Below, piece after piece: positions 33,400-39,771 of a stretch of 39,771 bases of DNA. Positions within the stretch are counted from its first letter, which is position 1. Each line of letters begins with the position of its first letter. Source of the DNA: Hadesarchaea archaeon (GTDB lineage Archaea > Hadarchaeota > Hadarchaeia > Hadarchaeales > Hadarchaeaceae). Location: NCBI GenBank assembly GCA_003661465.1, contig QMWE01000001.1, forward strand, positions 1 through 39,771, given 5' to 3'. The notes under the pieces were generated by a model. It did no database searches. It saw only the letters and a list, made by a program, of their open reading frames with translations, and had not been told where the DNA came from. Made by a program: the position numbers and the translations under genes.

Positions 33400-34422
33400 C
33401 TAGGTCGAAGTATACCACTCCCGGATCACATTTTCCGCTGGCTTCCCCGTGAACTCCACATCCGGAAAAGGATCTGTCTGTTCTATTTTCGGACCCCAGC
33501 CGCAGATGAAATATCCTTTCGTGTTGTCCCATGTCTCCTCGAAGAAACGCTGGAAAATCTGCGCTTGCCGCTCTTCTGTGACCGGCACACCCATTTCTCC
33601 GAATAGAGAGCCCTTGAGACCGTAGCTCTCCACGCACCAGTTGAGGAAAGGAATCACCGTTTCCCCCAGATATTCAAAAAACTCAGATTCCGACGTGTCT
33701 ATTGCGTATACATGCACGGACACGTAGTCATATCCTGCGATGGTTCCATGCTCTGAAAAATCCCCGAGCTCTGGACCATAAAATTTTACCGCCACTTCTC
33801 CACTGAATCGTTGCTTGATGAGAGGAAGGATGTTCTCGGACCACCAGATGCCATCTTCGACGCCAAAAACCTGGGTCGGCTCGTTGATCGGGGAGAAGAG
33901 CTCCACATTTTCCTGCTCAGCTATCTCCGCCCAGTAAACGGAGACATCTGCAGAATTCTGCATTGCTACATCTCTTATTCCGGCGGGAACCACACCATCC
34001 GCATATTCTACATCGACCGTGAGATACACTCCCAGACCTGCATCGTGGGCCTTTCTTATGAGGGTAACGTATCCTTCCTCCGGGTTTTCCTCCCACTCAG
34101 GGGCAAACGGCACAGGGGTGAGGGTCCCATCGGAATTTATATCGTAAAATATCGAAAGGGCAAAAATGTTTATCCCATCCGCTATCATGTTGTCCGTGTC
34201 GTGTTCCAGCGCACGTTTCTCTCCTCCAGGCTGGGTCCAAACACCTTTGAAGAAAGAGAGATTCAGCCTCTGATGGGATTGCGACGATGCATTTTCCTGT
34301 GGCTGTGGCGCGGGCGGCGCGGTTTTATGATCATGTACTTGTTGAGCTAGAAAATATGCTGTTGCCCCTACGGTGATACACGCTGCAACTATTAGAATTA
34401 CTATATTTTTTCTAACGGTCAT
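33400..34422 (-). CDS. GH5-like (clan GH-A TIM-barrel) glycoside hydrolase with N-terminal membrane anchor
   Basis: TM anchor IVILIVAACITVGATAYFLA. VELFSPINEPTQ contains the NEP acid/base motif. YVSVHVYA is an H-x-Y motif. SLFGEMGVP is a GE-x-G nucleophile region. ATG 34422 is preceded by GAGGTGA. The track ORF starts at GTG 34431. Confidence 0.6.
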   Translation of the reverse strand: MTVRKNIVILIVAACITVGATAYFLAQQVHDHKTAPPAPQPQENASSQSHQRLNLSFFKGVWTQPGGEKRALEHDTDNMIADGINIFALSIFYDINSDGTLTPVPFAPEWEENPEEGYVTLIRKAHDAGLGVYLTVDVEYADGVVPAGIRDVAMQNSADVSVYWAEIAEQENVELFSPINEPTQVFGVEDGIWWSENILPLIKQRFSGEVAVKFYGPELGDFSEHGTIAGYDYVSVHVYAIDTSESEFFEYLGETVIPFLNWCVESYGLKGSLFGEMGVPVTEERQAQIFQRFFEETWDNTKGYFICGWGPKIEQTDPFPDVEFTGKPAENVIREWYTST

Positions 34423-34441
34423 CAAGTTCACCTCAATTCAT

Positions 34442-34625
34442 CACCTGGTGGAAAGCGCGGGTAAACGTCGGGTGGGGAATCCGCGCAAATAGCTTTCGGG
34501 ACGGGACCGAGAGAGTGGCGCCCTCAACAACCCGAGTCCCTGCCTCTTGGAAGAGGTGGCCCCGCCAACGGCCGCGTCTTGTCCGGTGAGGGTGTGGGTT
34601 GGCAACTTCGATCACCTGAGGGGCA
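34442..34625 (+). ncRNA. candidate structured RNA or structured leader (unclassified)
   Basis: GC-rich spacer with nested long-range complementarity. 34450-34460 pairs with 34572-84, and 34467-34477 pairs with 34560-34572. These enclose a GGGAC/GTCCC helix (34498-34502 with 34536-34540) and a CCUCU-UGGA-AGAGG hairpin (34543-34556). Two G-U pairs favour the plus strand. I recognised no family motif. Confidence 0.25.
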
Positions 34626-34636
34626 AGCTCCATCCG

Positions 34637-35575
34637 TTAGGGCGGGGTAGTTGACTCGACATAATCTAACCAAGACTCGTACTTCGACTCCTTCCCGCGA
34701 ACCGCGTTGAAAAATATGCGCTGAAGCTTTTCCGTGAGGGGGCCGCGCTTCCCGTCACCTATTGGCTTTCCGTCCACCTCTCGAATGGGCGTGACCTCAG
34801 CTGCTGTGCCCGTGAAGAAAGCTTCGTCAGCGGCGTACAGCTCTTCGGGCTTAAAGTTGCGCTCCTCGAATTTTATCCCTTCGTCCCTGGCAATTTTGAT
34901 TATCGAGTCCCTCGTTATCCCGACTAGAGCTCCAGAAGAAACCGGGGGAGAAAAGAGCTCTCCATTTTTTACCATGAACACGTTTTCACCTGGACCCTCT
35001 GCCACGTAACCATCGAGATTCAGCAGGATCGCCTCGTCGTATCCGGACTCGAGCGCATCCACCTTTGCGAATATCGAGTTCGCATAGTTCGCGACGAGCT
35101 TCGCCTGCGGAGGGAGAATGCGCGGATGAATTCGGATCCACGGAGAGATCTTGGCTCGAATGCCCCTCTCCAGACCCTCCTCACCGAGATAGGTTCCCCA
35201 CGGCCACACCGCTATCGCCACGTTCACAGGAGATCCCTTGGGATTCAGGCCCATCACACCATAGCCGTAAAAAGCTATTGGCCTGATGTAACACTCGTCG
35301 ATCTCGTTCGCCCTTATCGTCTCTTTTGTCGCTTTCACGAGCTCATCCGTTGAGTAGGGAAGCTTCATTCCCACGAGCTTTGCTGAATTTTCCATTCTCT
35401 CCATGTGATCCCTGAGTCTGAATACCGCCGGGCCTTTGGAGGTCCTGTAACACCGGATTCCCTCGAAGACGCCGAGACCGTAATGGAGAGTATGTGTAAG
35501 AACATGAACGTTCGCTTCCTTCCACGGGACAAATTCTCCGTTCATCCATATCGTTTTTGTGGGGGTTAAACCCAT
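34637..35575 (-). CDS. ilvE: branched-chain amino acid aminotransferase
   Basis: IWMNGEFVPWKEANVHVLTHTLHYGLGVFEGIRCY, PLP-fold type IV motifs EGPGENVF.VKNG and GITRDS, and FFTGTAAEVTPI. The family N-terminus fits ATG 35575. The track ORF starts at 35605. Confidence 0.9.
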   Translation of the reverse strand: MGLTPTKTIWMNGEFVPWKEANVHVLTHTLHYGLGVFEGIRCYRTSKGPAVFRLRDHMERMENSAKLVGMKLPYSTDELVKATKETIRANEIDECYIRPIAFYGYGVMGLNPKGSPVNVAIAVWPWGTYLGEEGLERGIRAKISPWIRIHPRILPPQAKLVANYANSIFAKVDALESGYDEAILLNLDGYVAEGPGENVFMVKNGELFSPPVSSGALVGITRDSIIKIARDEGIKFEERNFKPEELYAADEAFFTGTAAEVTPIREVDGKPIGDGKRGPLTEKLQRIFFNAVRGKESKYESWLDYVESTTPP

Positions 35576-35638
35576 CTCAATCCCACAAAACGAATTTTCC
35601 CCCAAACCTTATAATAACTATGGAAAAAATTTCTGGGC

Positions 35639-36937
35639 TCATCTCCAGCGGATCAGTCTACGAATCGCCTCGGCGTTACTCATCACTCCCACCACGGCTA
35701 GCGCTGGAAGGGGCTGATTCACAAATGCTCCGACCGCGAGCAGGAAGATGCGGACATCTCTAGTTGCGGGTATGCCTCCCGGACGGATCCCTGTCCCGAA
35801 CACGCCCTCATATCTGGCACGGGTGTAACTCACGGCGAATGACCCTGAAAGAGCCAACAAACATGCTAACCACACAAACTCACCGCCAGCTATGCGCCAG
35901 TATCCATAAGCCAGTGAGATAATCATGAAAGCGTCTGCGTACCGATCCAGCACCGAATCGAGAAAACCCCCGCGTCTCGTGGTGCGAAACTTCAACCTAG
36001 CCAGCTCCCCGTCGCACCCATCGAGTATCGACGAGAGCTGTATGAGCATGCCCCCGGCAAACAGGAAAGGATATTGTCCCGAGGAAAAAAATGGTACTGC
36101 AAGGAGCCCAAGAAGAAATGAGAGTATCGACATCTGCATTGGGGTGATCCCGCTTCCCGCGAGTCTGGCGGAGATGCGAGTAGAGATTCTGCGGTTTATG
36201 GACTTGGAGACTATCCCATCCTCCTTCTTGGAGAGGGCGCGAAGTATCCTCCGCTTCGCCTCCCTGAGGTCCCCCGGGGTGTCCACATCGAACCAAAATG
36301 CCCCCTTGACATCCATGGCTCTCACCTTACCCTGCCTGGCAAGCAAAGCTATAGCATGGGAAAGCTCTCCCTGCCCCCTCGCCACGCACTCCTGCACGGC
36401 GGAAAACACATCACTCGTACAAAGGAAAATACCGCAGTCGACAGCGTTAAACTCTCCAAGGTTCTTTCCCACGTCTCTGACTTTTCCATCCTCGAGCAGC
36501 ACCTTCGTGGCCTCATGTACGTCGAAAACCGAACTAAGGTTTCTGTCCACGCACGCGACGCATCCCTCGGATATCCTGATTTCCACCAACCGCCGGATGA
36601 TCTCGGGATCAAACTGATGGTCCCCCATCACCAGGAGAAACCGATCTCCATTCAAGACCTCTTTGGCCGCGAGGACGGAGTAAGCATTGCCTTTTTCCCA
36701 GTCTTCGTTATTCACATAGGTTATGCGAACGCCGAGCCTCGACCCGTCCCCGAGCGCATTTATAATTTCTCCATTGGAATGCCCGACCACAACGCAGAAC
36801 TCGGAGGGTCCAGCTTCTCTGACCGTGAGGATCACGCGCTCAAGCAGCGGGAGACCCAGCAACCGCTCGAGGACCTTGGGCCTCCCCGAATTTCCAAATC
36901 TTCTACCCATTCCCGCTGCAAGCACCAGCACCCTCAC
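35639..36937 (-). CDS. bifunctional CTP:inositol-1-phosphate cytidylyltransferase / di-myo-inositol-phosphate-phosphate synthase (IPCT/DIPPS-type fusion)
   Basis: The N-terminal NTP-transferase domain has VLVLAAGMGRRFG. The C-terminal membrane domain has the CDP-alcohol phosphatidyltransferase motif DGCDGELARLKFRTTRRGGFLDSVLDRYAD. GTG 36937 has GGAG 9 nt upstream. The track ORF start at 37078 would overlap rio1. Confidence 0.8.
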   Translation of the reverse strand: MRVLVLAAGMGRRFGNSGRPKVLERLLGLPLLERVILTVREAGPSEFCVVVGHSNGEIINALGDGSRLGVRITYVNNEDWEKGNAYSVLAAKEVLNGDRFLLVMGDHQFDPEIIRRLVEIRISEGCVACVDRNLSSVFDVHEATKVLLEDGKVRDVGKNLGEFNAVDCGIFLCTSDVFSAVQECVARGQGELSHAIALLARQGKVRAMDVKGAFWFDVDTPGDLREAKRRILRALSKKEDGIVSKSINRRISTRISARLAGSGITPMQMSILSFLLGLLAVPFFSSGQYPFLFAGGMLIQLSSILDGCDGELARLKFRTTRRGGFLDSVLDRYADAFMIISLAYGYWRIAGGEFVWLACLLALSGSFAVSYTRARYEGVFGTGIRPGGIPATRDVRIFLLAVGAFVNQPLPALAVVGVMSNAEAIRRLIRWR

Positions 36938-37031
36938 AAGCCCAACTCCTGACGAGCCGGATTGAAATAAATACCATAATACCAGAAAACCTGCGATTTT
37001 TAGACTTTTTGTCGGGGACTCCCGGGGTTGG

Positions 37032-37799
37032 CTAAACGCCCGAGATCTCCTCCAGCAGCTGCTCGAGCGGAGGCACATCCACTCCGAGCTTGCGGAAGTA
37101 CCTCGTCAGCTTATCCAGATCCCTCGTGAGAAGTTCCTCGGCCGCGGGGTTCGCGCGATCCGTTCCCATCGAGAAGTCTATGAGCACGGGGTCGGGGGCA
37201 AGCAACACGTTGTATTCGCTCAGGTCCGAGTGGACTATTCCCGCCTCGCGGTATAGGGTTTTCACGGCATCGACCAATTTGTCGAAAGCTCGCTCTGGCT
37301 CACGTGGAGGTACGTCCTTCATGCGGGGATATGGAACACCATTTTCTCCGACGAACTCCATGGCGAGCACATTTTTCTCACAGTCTATGGGTCTGGGCAC
37401 CGGGACTCCAGCCTCGTAAGCCCTCTGGAGGTTCTTAAATTCCCGAGAAGTCCAGGCGTGAACGATCTCCCTCCTTTTCTTCGGGATCCTCCCAAAACGT
37501 GGATCTCCGGACAGATATCGATGCATGTTCTTGAAGTTTGATGTGGCCACCCTGTAGATCTTCACCGCCACGTAATTTCCTTCTCTATCCAGGGCGCAGA
37601 AGATGTTCGCCTCTTTGCCCGTGGAAACCGCTCCATAAAAAAATTCCATCACCCCGCGGTTGATCATGCGATACAGGGTAAGCAAGGTGGAGGTGTCGAA
37701 AACCCTTTCCATGATCTTGTAGGTCTCCGAATCCTTCTCGAGCCTTTCCAATTTACGGTGCTCCAGCCTTCGGAGTAGGGCTCCCAGATCTCCATCCAC
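37032..37799 (-). CDS. rio1: RIO-type serine/threonine protein kinase Rio1
   Basis: GAVSTGKEANIF, VAVKIYR, FVGENG and IVHSDLSEYNVL...IDF. There is no N-terminal wHTH domain, so it is Rio1 rather than Rio2. Confidence 0.9.
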   Translation of the reverse strand: MDGDLGALLRRLEHRKLERLEKDSETYKIMERVFDTSTLLTLYRMINRGVMEFFYGAVSTGKEANIFCALDREGNYVAVKIYRVATSNFKNMHRYLSGDPRFGRIPKKRREIVHAWTSREFKNLQRAYEAGVPVPRPIDCEKNVLAMEFVGENGVPYPRMKDVPPREPERAFDKLVDAVKTLYREAGIVHSDLSEYNVLLAPDPVLIDFSMGTDRANPAAEELLTRDLDKLTRYFRKLGVDVPPLEQLLEEISGV

Positions 37800-37809
37800 A
37801 GAACTCCCT

Positions 37810-38118
37810 CTACTCCCAGAGACCCTTTCTCCTCAACCACTCAACCTGTGTGTTCGTGTAGCGGTACATTATGTCTCCTTTCTCGTTCCCCTGCACGGGC
37901 CAGGGGGCAACTATAACCACGTCCCCCTCGCGCACCCACATCCGTTTTCGAATTTTTCCACGAATGCGACAGTTGCGCACATGGCCATCCCTGCACCTAA
38001 CCCTCAGGCGGTCGAACCCAAACATCTGCTCCACCACGCCCAGTACCTCTCCCGGTTTAGGTATCCGCAGGCGCTCGATCTCCTCGGCCGGAGTCAGTTT
38101 TTTGGCCTTTGGCATCAT
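37810..38118 (-). CDS. eif1a: translation initiation factor aIF-1A
   Basis: [56 protein letters not shown] is an S1-like OB fold. The gene has the conserved archaeal adjacency to rio1. Confidence 0.95.
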   Translation of the reverse strand: MMPKAKKLTPAEEIERLRIPKPGEVLGVVEQMFGFDRLRVRCRDGHVRNCRIRGKIRKRMWVREGDVVIVAPWPVQGNEKGDIMYRYTNTQVEWLRRKGLWE

Positions 38119-39614
38119 AACCCTCCAAGCTTTCGGTCCCAGAGCAGACGGTTGACCCCGTTCAGCATCGCCTGGACGCTTGCCATGATTATATCACCAC
38201 TCGTGCCACGTGCGGTTACTATCCGTTTTCCATCGGTTAGCTTTACGACCACGCTGACGACCGCGTCGGTTCCCCCCGAGATGGCGTCCACGTGGTACTC
38301 CTTGAGCCGGATGTTCGCCATCCCCTCCACCACCTTCTTTATCGCGTTCATGGCCGCATCCACGGGACCTATCCCCAGACCTGACTCGACCACCTCTTTA
38401 TCCCCGAATTTTACCTTCACGGAGGATGTCGGGGTCACGCGATTGCCGCTGACCACGGTCAATTCTTCGAGCTTGACTACCTCCTTGAACTTCCTGCCCA
38501 TCACCGCATCCACTATCGCGCGCAACTCTGCATCGGTGACCATCTTCCCCCTGTCACCCAGGTGCTTGACCTGATCCGATATCTTCTGAACCTGCATCTT
38601 CGTCGGCTTCAGGCCCATCCTTCGAAGTTCACTTTCGATGGCGTGGGTGCCAACGTGTTTTCCGAAGACCAGCCTGCGATGGTGTCCTACGACCTCCGGG
38701 GAGACCGGCTCGTATGTTCCAGGATAAGCCAGCACCCCGTGCGCGTGGATTCCGGCCTCGTGAGCAAACGCGTTCTCGCCCACAACCGCTTTGTTCGGGG
38801 GAACGGGGACGCCCGTATGCCGCTCCACCAGTTTCGAGACCTGGTAGAGTTTGTTGAGCCTGATCCCGGTCCTGAGCCCGTGGAGATGGGAAAGCGCGAG
38901 GACCACCTCCTCCAGCGCCGCATTTCCTCCGCGTTCTCCGAGGCCGTTCACCGTCACGTGTACCTCCCCCGCACCGGAGCGTGCTGCCGCCAAAGTGTTC
39001 GCCGTCGCCATCCCAAAGTCATCGTGGCAGTGCGCGGCCACGGGCACCTTGAGCTGCTTCGTTATGTCTGAGAAGAGCTTGGCCGATGATTCGGGAGTGA
39101 GGATCCCAACCGTGTCGCATACGCATACGCGTTGGACACCCTCATCCACGGCCGCCGAGAGTATCTTCATCAAGAACGCTGGCTCCGTACGGGTGGCATC
39201 TTCCGCGGAAAATTCAACCATCAATCCGTGATCCAGAGCGTAACGAGCGACGTCCAGCGCCATCCTCTGCACCTCCTGCCTCGTCTTCTTGAGTTTGTAC
39301 TTCAGGTGGAGGTCCGAGGTCGGCACGACCAGGTGCACGCTGTCGACGTCGCACTCGAGCGCCGCGTCCACATCGGATCGAACGGCGCGCGCAAAGCTAC
39401 ATATCTCGGCGTCCAGTCCCGCCTTCGATATCAGCTTTATCGCCCTGCGTTCGCCCTCCGAGGTTATCGCGGCTCCGGCCTCGATCACGTCCACTCCGAG
39501 GTCGTCGAGAGCCCGGGCTATCTCCAGTTTTTGTTCTGGGGCCAGCGCCACCCCCGGGGTCTGCTCTCCATCCCGTAGAGTGGTATCCAGGACCTTTACG
39601 CGGCGTTTTGGCAT
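38115..39614 (-). CDS. cimA: (R)-citramalate synthase / 2-isopropylmalate synthase family enzyme with LeuA-dimer regulatory domain (CimA-like)
   Basis: [61 protein letters not shown] and FAHEAGIH. From memory it closely resembles methanogen CimA, but the LeuA/CimA distinction needs phylogeny. Confidence 0.8.
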   Translation of the reverse strand: MPKRRVKVLDTTLRDGEQTPGVALAPEQKLEIARALDDLGVDVIEAGAAITSEGERRAIKLISKAGLDAEICSFARAVRSDVDAALECDVDSVHLVVPTSDLHLKYKLKKTRQEVQRMALDVARYALDHGLMVEFSAEDATRTEPAFLMKILSAAVDEGVQRVCVCDTVGILTPESSAKLFSDITKQLKVPVAAHCHDDFGMATANTLAAARSGAGEVHVTVNGLGERGGNAALEEVVLALSHLHGLRTGIRLNKLYQVSKLVERHTGVPVPPNKAVVGENAFAHEAGIHAHGVLAYPGTYEPVSPEVVGHHRRLVFGKHVGTHAIESELRRMGLKPTKMQVQKISDQVKHLGDRGKMVTDAELRAIVDAVMGRKFKEVVKLEELTVVSGNRVTPTSSVKVKFGDKEVVESGLGIGPVDAAMNAIKKVVEGMANIRLKEYHVDAISGGTDAVVSVVVKLTDGKRIVTARGTSGDIIMASVQAMLNGVNRLLWDRKLGGL

Positions 39615-39771
39615 GTGGGGTCGCCTCGCTGATATATTGAAGGGGGTTGTTATTAATCTTCAGAAAGATTGGAAGGACAGGAAGGTTGTTAATTTTTGGG
39701 AGAATTGTGTCATTTTCAATATTCTCAAAAGCAGCCCCATACTCTTCCTCTTTAGCTCCTTTATACAAAAC

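Noticed and set aside
34442-34625. Possible RNase P RNA or SRP RNA, prompted by GGUGGAAAGCGCGGGUAAAC and CAAAUAG strings and a UGGAAG hairpin
   Set aside because: It is too short. I could not find the P4 3' strand (ACAGAA...GGCUUA type) or the SRP helix-8 GNAR/AGCA motifs. The resemblance is limited to short strings, so no family name is assigned.
34433-34633. 66-aa ORF filling the GC-rich spacer between the GH5-like gene and ilvE
   Set aside because: The translation is Arg/Pro/Gly/His-rich with no motif and no Shine-Dalgarno site. The region is better explained by RNA-level base pairing and is reported as a candidate structured RNA instead.
36938-37078. N-terminal extension of the IPCT/DIPPS ORF (track start 37078)
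   Set aside because: The extension would overlap the rio1 3' end by 47 nt and encodes Cys/Ser/Arg-rich sequence. The conserved NTP-transferase N-terminus begins right after GTG 36937, which has a GGAG site upstream.
1-39771. CRISPR arrays, rRNA genes, transposases or defence-system genes
   Set aside because: None was seen on either strand. The only extended repeats are the in-frame coding repeats of the surface protein.

Overview
Archaeal chromosomal segment that looks euryarchaeote-like. GGTGA-type Shine-Dalgarno sites are frequent, and an IPCT/DIPPS fusion gene suggests a thermophile. The window is densely coding, with about 39 protein genes and one intron-containing tRNA-Arg. I found no transposase, integrase, CRISPR array or rRNA. 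Housekeeping genes dominate: proteasome beta, aEF-1beta, Nop5-fibrillarin, MetAP, family-B DNA polymerase, PdxS, SufS-type desulfurase, IlvE, CimA/LeuA, aIF-1A and Rio1. Accessory content includes three envelope or glycan-related genes: a GH144-like hydrolase running off the left edge, a GH5-like hydrolase, and an 836-aa propeller/PKD surface protein. There is also an orphan ABC ATPase and a leaderless-looking solute-binding protein. The most unusual region is 21.4-27.6 kb. It holds a DHODH/DPD-like Fe-S flavoprotein, two amidohydrolase-superfamily proteins and an ADP-forming acyl-CoA-synthetase-like alpha/beta pair, arranged around an archaeal histone gene. By eye, all five enzyme-like proteins carry substitutions or deletions at positions that are normally catalytic. 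Secondary points of interest are: a divergent transglutaminase-like / tandem-OB-fold / DUF112 unit around a single TATA box; a surface-protein gene whose signal peptide lies upstream of any canonical start codon; and a GC-rich, strongly self-complementary 205-nt spacer (34432-34636) that may be an RNA. All family assignments come from motif recognition by eye, with no database search.
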